The notes below the pieces were generated by a model that worked only from the letters and a program-made list of their open reading frames with translations, had not been told where the DNA came from and made no database searches. A DNA stretch of 44,410 nucleotides, filler included, from Sphacelaria rigidula (lineage: Eukaryota), in the NCBI GenBank assembly GCA_964200075.2. It is 2 parts of 2 records of this genome, joined end to end, with 100 filler letters (N's around TTAATTAATTAA, not from the genome) between each part and the next. Parts side by side here need not be neighbours in the genome. Positions count along the whole stretch, not along the records: positions 22,269 to 44,410 come from CAXNAA020000350.1; 1 more part is not named here. One strand, 5' to 3'. Of the stretch, positions 23,133-34,790 are shown piece by piece (within the stretch, counting starts at the first letter, position 1; each line of letters begins with the position of its first letter). The position numbers and the translations under genes were made by a program.

Positions 23133-23478
23133 GAGAACACCCCCTCGCGCGCGCGCCTATATGCCCTTCGTGCAGGTAAACTATCTACGTTGAAGAGAAG
23201 AACATGTTGGCAATCTGTGTTTTGTCTTGCGTACATCATGGGTTTGTAGCGAAAACGCGTCATTTCCCACAGTGACTGCTGCTCTCCAATAAATCCAATA
23301 AACGATAGCAATTTCATGCCCAGAGGGCGCACCCCAATTCGCCTCAAGTTACCATCTCTGTCGACAAAAAGGGTACAGTGCAGTAAGCAGTAGCCTGGTG
23401 ATAGCTCCCCCTTGCGGGATAGCAACGTGAGGGAAGAAAAAGCGCATGCATACCTGCTTCAGTAGAAGTAGTACAGTA

Positions 23479-23834
23479 CCGATCGCCCCGGTGACTCAGT
23501 TGGTAACCTCGTAAACCTTCTGACGATTGGGTCGTGGGTTTAAACCTCGGAGCAACCTGGGATTTTTTCTCACGCCATGACCAACAGTGGAGAGCGACTA
23601 TGTCGTGGGTACACAAAATTCGACCTATGGTCGACGAGGGAAAGGGATCGCAGAACCCCGCTCGCGATAAAAAGCAAAAGGCAAGCACCGCAGGAGGAAG
23701 GTGGAGTACTAAAAACAAACAAGAAGAGAGAAAGTTCCTGTCTTGACCTTCCTCCTCCCGTGTGACCCCGGCTGGTGGGCCCACATACACCGAAAGGTGT
23801 AAACTGGCGTCCAGAGTAGGTGGGACGACAACAC
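23479..23834 (+). mobile_element. tRNA-derived SINE, apparently full length
   Basis: Head CCGATCGCCCCGGTGACTCAGTTGGTAACCTCG, degenerate B box GGTTTAAACC, 3' tail shared with the 37.7 kb copy; candidate TSD ACAGTA at 23473-23478 and 23835-23840. Confidence 0.8.
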
Positions 23835-25407
23835 ACAGTAGTCTTCATCTGAAGTAGGGGATTTTCGTAGTTTTTGCGTAGTCAGGGATATTCGAAAGTG
23901 TGTTCGCTTGCCACCGCTGATCCCAGTCAACGTTTGATCCCAAGTTTGGGGATCAGCAAACACCAGGCATCCTCTCTACATTTCGAAACAAGATCACATC
24001 CGCGCTCATTATTGAACAACTTATGGGCTGACCGGTTTTCGTAGGTCCTGGGACTACTCAGCTCCAGGTTCTGACCCTTGAGTATTTTGCTCGATTGAAC
24101 CAATCCCAATCGTTTTCGTGAACAAATGAAGAGGAGTGTTTTTTTTCATTTCTACCGATTTATTGCGCTAGAGCCGAAAAAAAATGTTTTCTGGACCATT
24201 GACGGTCGACAACATCCCCTAATGAACAGTGTACTTACTTCGTATCACCCCGACAACACCAATTGAGGATTGTGTTCTGAGCACGACCTGCTTCTCATCC
24301 TATTATATCGACGCTGAAACTTTCAGGCGCCAAGGACGGATACTGCAGGAGCGCGGAGGTGAACCAATTCCGATCACTCTCATTAATGATTTTACGGACG
24401 CTAAGTTTTTATATTTACATATTCATCGCGCTAGAGCCGACAAGAAAATGTGCTTTTGACCAGAAACGGTCAATAACACCCCCTATCAATTCCGCTCGTC
24501 AGTAGCTCAAATTCAAGCGCAGATACGATTTTTGTTTTGGAATGTGGAGCGGGTGCCTAATCTCTCCCGACTTCCAAACGTTGGGATCAACCGTTCGCTG
24601 GGATGAGCGGTGGCACGAGTAAAAAAAACATTGAAAACCGCCGACTACGAAAAAATCACAAAACTCCCAACTGCTGTAGATTTCTGACTAGGCGAGCCAG
24701 GGCACACGTAGCCGTACTGGTGTTGGCTTCGGCGTGACATTCGCTTTCCTCTCTATGGCTGCCGCGACGGTGGATTTGCGCCATGAGTTTTTTTTCTGGT
24801 GACAGAGACGGTGGACCTGTTACAAACGTGAGCGGCGGAGTAGCTGCTATTATAGTAGGGCCACGGCTTGTATCTAGGGATAAATCCCAGTGATCCGATG
24901 ACGAAAAAAAGTAAGTTATCGTGCAGCGTGAACATCTCAAAATCAGGGTACGGGATTGTGTAAACGCCCGCTAATTTTTATTTTTCGCGCAATCGAAGTC
25001 TCACCCGATCATCTACCGTAGGATCACTCCCGTACAATGGAGGGAAATGTTGTGCACCCAGGGGACTGGAAAAAATGAAGCACTCAGACCCCACAAACCG
25101 ACGGGAAACGCACAGACACCGACCAACTCTGCTCCACTTTTTTGTGATTCGAGAACTTTCGCCTTACGCCGCTCCTACCTACCAAACACGCGCCGCACAC
25201 CACATGCACGAAATAAATGGGGGAACCGTCCCCCGCGTAGATGGGCACCGTTTCACGTACAACAGATGTGATGCTCAGCGGGCGGGGGAACAGCTCGAGA
25301 ACACGCGTGGTGCGGCCGTTAGAACGCGCAGCACAAAGAGTGGATGATATGAAAGGACATGAAAATCACCTTCACCGTCGACACTTGCGTCGCATAAAAC
25401 ATCACCA

Positions 25408-25627
25408 CACACGCGGCCATTTAGCTACACCCCGAAATGCCTCCGGAGGGATGCGCGGCCCTCCAGGGGGAAAACAAGCCTCCGGAGGTCGTCAATCCCT
25501 CTGGAGGAAACCAAACTCTACCGACCCGGAGGGCCGCGCACCCCTCCGGAGGCGTTCAATTCCTCTGGAGGCTCGAAAAGTTTACCCACCTGGAAGAAGT
25601 TTGGAGGTAGCCAAATGGCCGCGTGTG
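25408..25627. mobile_element. Non-autonomous TIR element, CACTA/EnSpm-like
   Basis: 21-bp TIR CACACGCGGCCATTT(A/G)GCTAC with 1 mismatch; CA dinucleotide on both flanks; internal repeated CCTC(C/T)GGAGG motifs. Confidence 0.75.
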
Positions 25628-25774
25628 CAGAGTAAACACAGACGAACAGCTGCCTCTGGCCAGCGGCCGTAGGGTTACCATCATTCATAATCTTCTTTGC
25701 ACTGCTGCATGCACCGCGGCACCAGTATCTCTTTTCCGCAGACCGCTGTTGTATTGTATGCTAAGTGTCATTTC

Positions 25775-25885
25775 CACTCCACTGGTTGATAATTAATTGA
25801 TTGTCGTTCTTTGACTAAACACCAATGGGTCCAGCCGTGGTAGCACGATAGACGTGCCCAAGAAAAGCAAAACTGAAACACTCGT
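25775..25885. repeat. Dispersed repeat family B (second copy at about 30362-30480)
   Basis: Shared ATTGATTGT..GGGTCCAGCCGTGGT..GACGT.CCCAAGAA..AAACTGAAACAC. Confidence 0.75.
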
Positions 25886-27471
25886 TCAAGACAACGAAGC
25901 AGCAGAACAAAGTCGAACATAACGACTTAAGTCTATACTGTATCGAGACATTTCTGTACCCTCTGTACTGCACGTTGTTCATTTATATTTTTAGTGCGGT
26001 ATATAGTGGTACATCATACACCGCAGGCCTGCCAGCCGCATTATTGTACCGAAACGAGGTCCGGCGCTCAAAAGGGTTACACTACTCGTACGATATGCTC
26101 ATGGGATTTTCCACAAGCGTGGAAAAAGCAACAAAGAGCCCAGAGAAATCATGAACCAGGTCGACTACTCCTATGAGAGTGCGGCGCTCCCAATAAGTGT
26201 AAAGGTGGCATGCATTGGCGGAGGAGACATGTTCGGGGGCCTCGGCTGCCTACGGCTGGAGTAGGAGCGGACGGGGGGCAAGTGGGAAAACAAACGCACA
26301 AAAATGACGGACAGGGACTCGAATTCCAGCCAGCTAGCGACGTGCTCTAGCGTGAAAACGAATGGAAACAGGCCTACAGTCACCCTGGGTGCATCTCATG
26401 TATAACGACGTTTTCGTGAAATTGAGAGTTGAAGGTACGATTGAGAGTGAAAAGCGGTCAATTAGTGAATAAGCCGTTCCAGTTCCGACATGCACCTCCA
26501 CCAGGCCCAATATTTTCTCTGTAGTAGCTTGCCACTGAGGCCCTCGATATCCCTGGTTAGGATATCAACGTGTAGAAGTAAGCATATGACAGTGATGAGA
26601 CGACGAAAAGCACACCCGGAATGAAAAATTGGCCAAGCTAAAGCGAATGATCAAAGCCACTCTCAATCCGCACCCAACTCTCAATCTCACGAAAACCTTG
26701 TTGTATGTGATGAAAGCAACACCTACGAAAAAGAGACAAGCATGCCCAACACACACAAACACACAACGAAAAAAGTGAAGAAGAAAATTAAAAGAAAAGA
26801 GCGGGCCGGGCATCGAATCGTAGATAGTTGGTGATTTGAAAAATGGCATGCGTGAAGAACTCTCTGCAGCACTCCTACTCGTGACTACCGCGGGTGTTAA
26901 TATATTCGCAACCCCTGGGTGCACATTGATAGTTTCTTTCCCCCGTGTGGTCGAGTTAATACCGAAACTCGAAGGACATCGAGCGTGTGACAGTTTCTCT
27001 GATCTTAGCTGACACTGGTGATACCGGAATGTGCCAACGTAGGTCTTGCTGTTGCAATCAGAGCCACTGCCCTGAAGCGGAGGGAACATGTATCGCATGT
27101 ACCGAAATCAAACATGGTGGTGTGTTACCTTTCGCGCGAAACGTGCTGTTCTCCCAGACAGCAGAGTACCACAACGAGCTAGCGCATTTAACCGATGTTG
27201 ATCTGCAAAGATCAAGGCTAATCGACGTATTGTGAACTCCTGCTGTTCAAACGTAGGTACTCGTGAGATATGGGCGTCGCATACCGTTATGGTCCCGCGC
27301 TTCACACTGTGACCGCGTCCGCTTGGCAAAGATTCGCCTCTCGGGTGCCACAGGCTGGTGATGAAGCGGGGTGGCTCCACTCGATCGGGGTAGACCCTAC
27401 TCCATTCCTGGTTCTTTTTTTCCGCACTCTGACGCACAGATATCGTAGGTTCCACGTTCATCTTTCGCGCA

Positions 27472-27680
27472 NNNNNNNNNNNNNNNNNNNNNNNNNNNNN
27501 NNNNNNNNNNNNNNNNNNNNNNNNNNNNNNNNNNNNNNNNNNNNNNNNNNNNNNNNNNNNNNNNNNNNNNNNNNNNNNNNNNNNNNNNNNNNNNNNNNNN
27601 NNNNNNNNNNNNNNNNNNNNNNNNNNNNNNNNNNNNNNNNNNNNNNNNNNNNNNNNNNNNNNNNNNNNNNNNNNNNNNNN
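27472..27680. other. Assembly gap (209 N)
   Basis: N run. Confidence 0.97.
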
Positions 27681-27800
27681 TCTTCATGTCCAACACGCCT
27701 CCTCATCTCGTAGTACAGAGAGAGCAGCCCATGAATATCGCGTTGAATAACCATTTTTTATTTGCATATATTCTCCTACTGTCATCCGAATTATTGCCAG

Positions 27801-29790
27801 GTGCCCAGCATCTGCTCGACGTGTGTGTCTGTTCAATTCTTCTCCACTGCGTAGCGACGCCCGGGCCACGAAAGATATGGGCGTGGAGCGGACACCATGG
27901 TCCTATGCTTCTGAAACGGAGGGTGGAGGTGAAACACCTTCCTCAGGTGACAACATCAGCAACCATGCTGACGACGACAGCGGTGGTAAAGAGAGCTACC
28001 GAAATCAAGAGCAAGGTCGAACAAAAGTTATGTCGTCGACGCCTGGAATAATTCCCGATAACACCCCTCACACGAACAAGACTGGGAAGACCTGCCCGCC
28101 GATGCAAGCGCACCAGCGCAGTAGCAACAGCACAGCAACAAGAACTTGTGCACTGCCGAATGTGGATGGTAAAATAAGTGGCAGTAGTGTCAGTCGACGG
28201 GCGTATGCCACTTTGGAGACGGAGCCGCACGCTGACCCTGCAACCCCTCCACATTCTAGAGGGTGTACCGGTGAGAGGAGGGACAAAGCAGGGGTAGGCG
28301 GCCGAAGACGCTGTCGCGGCGGGGCTGGGGGTACGGCCCCATCTTTGCATCGTTTAGAGGTGCGTGAAGCGTGATGCTTGCTACTGTACTGCGCTCTATT
28401 GCTGTCCTCTGCTGTGGTCTGGTCGTTCGTTGTTCTTGTTTCAAAATAAGTTTGTTTCTGGTAAAACCTCGACTGTCTGGGGGAGTGCGCGGGCGAAGGC
28501 CCGCGGGGGGAGGGGGGGGGGTGTGTGATCATGCTGCCATCTGTCCGAAAAACAAGCCAGAGTACGTATCTGTCACAGGTCGCAAGCCAACAAGGAGCGC
28601 TGGGCAGCAAGGCTGAGGTGTTCTCGACCGGTATGGCAAACAGTCTTGGCCCCATCGGTGCAGCCCCTGTCCAGACCTACAGTTACACAGTACAGTAGAA
28701 CACCTACAACAATTGGTGTACGGCATGAACGAATGGTCGGGTATTTGCGTCATGTGGAGGTGTTTCTGTTTTTGAATGCGAGGGATGTAAAGCTCATCGT
28801 TTATGCAGTTGCTTTCGAATTTTGTCACATTATGCACTCCCGCCCCCAACCCACCTTTTCTATGATACTTTTGTAGCAGAAGGGCTCATCATGCGTTGCT
28901 TGGCCATTATTATTATCCCCTGTTGGCAAAGTTCACACTGGCGGTGCCTCGACTCGAAGTACATATATGACCTACCCTGTGCTGTTTGATCGTTCTCAGT
29001 ACAGCACCGCAGTGCAGTGCATCAACCCTTTGATCGCGAAGAGGTAAGAATCTCTGCCGAAGTGACAACCCAACACAAAAACAAAATGCAAATTTGAACG
29101 TGGACACGTATCTCCTGAAATTGCCCGCCTCTCAGTCCAAGAAGGTTTGTGCAACAACAACAGTAGTGGGATTAGCGCCAACTCCCACGGTGTGACACAA
29201 TCGCCAAAAACGAGTTATCTGCGTAAGTGTAATGCGGCTGTGAACACGATAAGACGCAGTTTGGTCGACGTTGCTGTGGGAACCAGAATCATGATGCCTC
29301 TTTCGAGGGATATGATCCGTTTGTTGTTCCGCTAAACAGCGATGTGCTGGGTGCTTTCGATGTTCTGGGAAATTGCGGGGTCGCAAGTGGTCCCGCAGCT
29401 TCGCTGCTCAACGGAAAAAAAAGAAAAGAAAGAAAAAGACCCGTCCCTATGTAATCGGAACGAGTAAGATCGTCCAGCGCCTCCACCATATACTGGCTGC
29501 TGTACATTTGTCTGCCCTACATTTGTGTTTTGGTTCACGATCAGTCGACCGCACTGCAGTCGGAATAGCAGGCACAAGATGACCCCACACACAGCAAGTA
29601 CAATGTAATACTTCGAAGACGCATGACATACTTGATACGCAAGATCATTACACTTGATGCAGACGACGCCCCCACATCGAACCCGTCAATCAACCACCAG
29701 CTTGTTTCTGTTGAATCAGCGATCATTTACGACCTGGAAATGGGATGTTCGATCCAGATCACCCTGGCAGTTACCCCTTTGACCGCGAGG
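27801..29790 (+). CDS. Putative spliced gene fragment of unknown function; candidate exons 27801-28359, 28579-28630, 29136-29222, 29720-29790
   Basis: Four YAG..GT segments join in frame (phases 2-0, 0-1, 1-1, 1-0), two with GTAAGT donors. The first is a 559-nt open frame encoding a Ser/Gly/Thr/Arg-rich, disordered-looking peptide. No domain recognised. Confidence 0.42.
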
Positions 29791-30361
29791 GTAAGTTACC
29801 TGCTGAATCGGCATCAATTTCACTTGAAGTATCCGTGATCCAGCTTGACTAACCGTAACGCGGTCTAAGGGTTAAGTGGTTACAGGAAAAGGGTGCACCG
29901 CAGGAAACATGTAGCATACATTAGCCTGGACGACCTGGTAGGCTGGGTACGGTAACTATGTCGAAATTGCGTCATTTTACCCGAATTAACGTCTAAAAAT
30001 TAAATTCAAGAGCCAGACAAACTTGCGGTTGAAGAATCAAGTACTGCGTAGGATTTCTTGGAAGGAGGAGTTGTGCACAATACCGGATACCCCCAAGCGG
30101 CTCATTGACATCAAGACTTGTTTCAGCCGAACAAGAAGAGTGAAAACGCGCCGTTAGAATGAGAGCGATTATGTCGTTTTTTCGTGATTTTTTTTCTGCG
30201 CTTCCAATTGGTTGCCTATCAACTCTCAACCAACCAGAAGGACAAAAAAAAAAAGCAAAATTACCGAAGCCGCCAAAATCACTCTCAACGCTGACGGCGC
30301 GATCTCACGTATTTTCTTGTCTCGTTCACTGGACCCAAAATAGACTAATCGGCGCTAAGTT

Positions 30362-30480
30362 CACCACTGGATGGGGTTTTGATTTTGATTGATTGATTGT
30401 TCCACTTGAACTAACCCCCCAGGGGTCCAGCCGTGGTCTCATGATGGACGTACCCAAGAAGAACGAAACTGAAACACGCT
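30362..30480. repeat. Dispersed repeat family B, second copy, beginning with (ATTG)n
   Basis: Same motifs as 25775-25885. Confidence 0.75.
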
Positions 30481-30632
30481 CTGCTCGGGTGTGCCCACTA
30501 TTCGAATAACTTCAACGTTCATCACTTTGCACCTTGGTGTATCGTGTATGGAAATAGGCCCCAAGTGGTACACTGGCAGTTTTTATGGCTGAAAACGCCC
30601 CCAACGACCACTGCCCACAACTGACGAGAACT

Positions 30633-30830
30633 AATTACCAAATTGTCGGAAACAGTCGTTGGTACCATAAATGAGGTATCGACAACCCTAACCCTGATAC
30701 TCTAACTCCAACTGAGGCATAACAGAACCCTCAGGCACAGGAACGGACGATGGGTCTTGTGGGCAAAGTGTGCGTTGGCAGACCTCAAATGGGCGCCCGC
30801 GGCGCAGATTTTGAGAAAAGCACGTTCTGG
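30633..30830. repeat. Partial copy of the 37.2-kb telomere-repeat TIR family
   Basis: Shares CCAAAT(T/G)GTCGGAAACA, AAATGAGGT, AACCCTAACCCTGA and GGCAAAGTGTGCGTTGGCAGACCTCAAA. Confidence 0.75.
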
Positions 30831-31164
30831 ACGAGCGTGGAGCACTTGGGACTGTCAGCCCCTGTAACGATCCGAATATCGGTGTTGACACTGAAGCCAA
30901 GTAATAATCATTTTTTCCGTCCATTTAGTGATATCTGTTGGCTACGCTGGTGGTGAAAGACTTGGTCTCTCTACAGTTGAAAAATAAGGTAAATGATGCC
31001 GATTCGACAGATCGCCCAGCTACCCTGGTGGTGAAAGGGGTGGATACTTGCGTTTACTGTTGTGGAAGCAGGGGGAAACATTTCGGGTTCTACCCTTGAC
31101 CCTTTCAGACCTCCGCGGTGCGATCTTTTCTCCGTGTTTTCATGTTGAAACGGTACCGATTTAA

Positions 31165-32361
31165 CCTTTTTGGGATCGGGCCTCCAGAACGACCAATGAG
31201 GCTGGTCAGGAATGACGTGTCGGGCGTCTGCACGAAACAGTGGCGTGTTGCTGAAAAACCGCGTATGTAAGCGCAGCAGGGTTATGACGAAGACCGAAAG
31301 TTTCATGTAGTCTATTTTGAGATGCACAGGTGCAATGGTGTACATCTGATGTAGCAAGCAGTATGGGTCGCGGTAGAGAGCTTTCAACAGGATGCGGCGA
31401 CCGGCGGGCCGCCCACCACTTGTGGCTTTGGATAGCACTTTTGTCCCCACCACCTTGCCACACAGCCCTTTGTGGTCAGGGTGGGCCGCTAGTTCCCCCT
31501 TTGTTGCATGCGGCAAATTCTCTTCGAACGGTATCAGTGTTGCGGCACGCATGCATGCAACAGTATAGTACAGACAGTACAGTACAGTGTAATACGCCTC
31601 TCCGACTGAAGCAGCAGCTGCCGCTGCATACTCCCTTGCACGTTCTGGGAAATTCTCAGCTACCGAGATCAACTGCCTATATACCGTTTCTTCGTCCTCG
31701 CCCACTACATACATGTTAACTGCACACTGCAAGTCATCGGCAGAGGGATAAGCAGAATTCTTTCCGGTAGCTCCTTTTCTCTTTCCACGGCCCACCTGGG
31801 TTAAGTGCCTCGTGAAAATGACCACATGATTAGCATGTACACTCCTTCACGGTTTTACCGGTCGACCCTGTGTTAGTGTAATAAATGCGTTTCAGTATCA
31901 AATTGTGGCCCAAGAAACCCACCGCAAAACTCGGGAACGCTGTACTGAGTGCAAGTAATATAATATAACCAAGTTTCGACCGCCCTGAGACGATTCCTTT
32001 TGTGTTCTATTTTATATATTCATTTTTATCAAGCACACCCATTTTGTTGACCGCGTCAACATCGATGTAGCGGAGATGGGTGGGGCCTCTTTTTCTTTTC
32101 ATAGCGAGTATTTCAGTTTTGGTCTGTCTGGGGTACATCTGCACTTGGAAACCTGGGAAGGCTCATCTGGGCCAGGGATAGGGCCCCCACACGACCTTTG
32201 CAGTGGCATTACACTCGCCAACAATCCCCGCGCTAATAGTTCGAGTCTGGTCGATAAATTTCGACTCGCCGTGATTGGGCAGGTCGCTCGAAAACTTATT
32301 TTTAAAATATTTCACTAACAAAGGGTCAACCCTGTGCTAGTGGGGGTCGGTCCCAAAAGGG
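31165..32361. mobile_element. piggyBac-like non-autonomous element
   Basis: TTAA|CCTTTTTGGGATCGGGCCTCCA at the left and TGGGGGTCGGTCCCAAAAGGG|TTGA at the right. Confidence 0.55.
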
Positions 32362-33210
32362 TTGAGCAGTTAGATGCTGAAATTTCGCACAAATGTGCTA
32401 CGGATAATTACGCAACTTTAGATGAACAAGGTATTTTCTGTTATCGTTTCACGGGGGTCCGACTGGATCGAAGTTTCCCCGAAAAAACTGGGACCCCCGA
32501 AAAACGGTTAAATAAATCAGAAAGTAAAAAAAAAAACGGACCTTCGGGAGTTGTGTAATGAACCATAGTACATTTGTGCAAAAGTTCAGCGTCCAACTCC
32601 TTGAAACGGCGTGAAGTTTTACCGATGAGTGTTTTGGGGTATTTTCTGTGAACCAGCCTGTACCTTCTCGTATTTTGCTCAACAATGGTACGATAAATGA
32701 CCAGCTGTGCGAAAACAGCACTTCCCCATTGTAGGCCAAAATCCGGCCAGGTATACCTGGTCTAGAAATTTCTTTTCAATCGTACCTTATCTGGGCCACC
32801 AGTCGGCCCAAAAAGTACGTGTCTTGGACCATCACTTCCCACATTGTCTTTGATGCGGCACACTGCGCGCCAGGAAATCTACGGCGCCAACTCAAAACAT
32901 GGCTCCCACACATTCGGCTCTTTTCCCGCCCATTCGCCGTTCACGAACGTCACAAAGACCACACCGCTGTCTCCCGGAAATGGCTCTGGAGTCTCTCCGC
33001 ATCGATACAAGAACTGGACTCACAACTCACAACGCGTCGGTCTTTTGCGATCGCGAAGTGTTACTAAATGTAGCATCGTGCCGTTACGGTCTGGGGCTGG
33101 TGTCATGTTTCGTAAGCCCCTGACCCGTGAGGGGATTAGTCCATCTGGATAATACTTTTTTCGAGTGAAAGTGATGCCGATTGAACAGATGGCCGATTCT
33201 GAACGGTTAA

Positions 33211-34790
33211 CCCTTTTAGGGCCCTCTTCACCCACAATTGTGTGTCAGCGGCAGGTGTCCATTTGTGTTGTTTTGGAGAAGTGATTGCCCCCACAACGAC
33301 CAGTGCTGAGTCTTGTCGACAAGCAGTTCCGTCCAGATCGGAGCTCAGGTACAAAAATGCGGCGGTTCTGGAAGTGGCCGTTAGGCTGGATGTTATGGCA
33401 AACAGATTTTTGGCCCGTGGATTGTTCACTTTTGGGACGTTTGACCCACCTTTTGACCCCCAAACAGGGAAAACCGCCAACACACACCTCGGACACTTTG
33501 CATCACCCTAGTCTGCTTTTCAGATTCGCTTGGCTCCGAGGTTTCGAGATTGGCCGCTGAACAAAGAATCGTGGGCAAAACTCTGTGCTTGTCGATCCCC
33601 GCCAGGTGGCCTCACTTTTGGGACGTTCGAGCGACTTTTTCACCCCCAAACAGGGAAAATCGCCAGCACACGTCTTGGACATTTTGTATCACCCCACAGA
33701 GGGGAGCCTGGCCCACTTTTCAGATTCACTTGGCTCCAGGGTCTCGAGAGCGGCCACTGAACACTGATCCGTGTGCAACAAAATTTGCGGCCATCTTCAC
33801 AGATTATTGGGCAAATTGGCGGGGGTCGGCAAGCGCAGATTTTTGCACACATTTTTTTGGTCAGCGGCCAATCTCGAGCCTCGGAGCCAAGCGAATCTGA
33901 AAAGCAGACTAGGCTCCTCTCTGTGGGTTGATGCAAAGTGTCCGAGACGTGTGTTGGCGATTCTCCCTGTTTGGTCAAAAAGTGGGCAAAACGTTCCAAA
34001 AGTGAACAATCCGTGGGCCAAAAATCTGTTTGACATAACATTCGGTCTTAGTCCAATATCTCTGTACTGCTGCGGACAAGACGCAACGAGGTAGCAAAGT
34101 GCCGAGACACCGAGCCACGAAAACCCACGCATAGACACCCACCACTCACGCGAATTAGCTCAAGCGCTAGCTCTTAAATCATCTACGCACGGCAGTCCTT
34201 GTTCGACGGAAATCCGTACAGTATTGGGTGAGAGGCGGTCGCGTGCGTGTCAAATAGCAACCGAAAACGTGCCGTTACTGAATGTTTGTGAGCGTGTGCT
34301 GTCTTCCCGTCTCACGCAAATCATCATTTCTCATTGAATGCTGAACCGATTTGAGCAAGGTCACGCACAGGATGCTCAGCTGATGAGCAGCAATGAGTGG
34401 CGCGGCGTGTTTTGGTTTGCGAGGGCAATGCGATCCTCAGGTTCACGTTTGATTATGTTGACTTGTCTGTCATGCCTTCGGTCATGCCCCTGTCAACGGG
34501 ACGTTTTACGTTCCCGTTCGAGGTGGCATAAAATCGCTTTTGCAACAGTGATTTCAGGAAGTGTTTTTTTACTTCCTAAAATCACTTGTGCAGAAGTGAT
34601 TTTTGGCACTTTTTTTCTCGGAAGGGGTGGTATCGCAGCAACCAATCATTGGTCGTTTTTCACAAAAGTGATGTATTAAAAAGTGATGATCACTTCTGAT
34701 GAGACCCCGCCTAACAAGACACGATTGTGGGAGAAGAGTGGGGAAAAGTACTACAAACATGCTATTGTGGGGAGTCCGGTCCCAAAAGGG
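33211..34790. mobile_element. piggyBac-like non-autonomous element
   Basis: TTAA|CCCTTTTAGGGCCCTCTTCACCCACAAT at the left and ATTGTGGGGAGTCCGGTCCCAAAAGGG|TTGA at the right. Confidence 0.6.
33384..34047. mobile_element. PIF/Harbinger-type MITE with long TIRs and an internal tandem subrepeat
   Basis: About 220-bp inverted arms (33384-33605 vs 33816-34047); TTA on both flanks (33381-33383, 34048-34050); an extra direct copy of part of the arm at about 33612-33762. Confidence 0.8.

Noticed and set aside
33384..34047. CRISPR-like or other prokaryotic repeat array
   Set aside because: The units are long and inverted with no unique spacers, the context is eukaryotic, and a MITE explains them.
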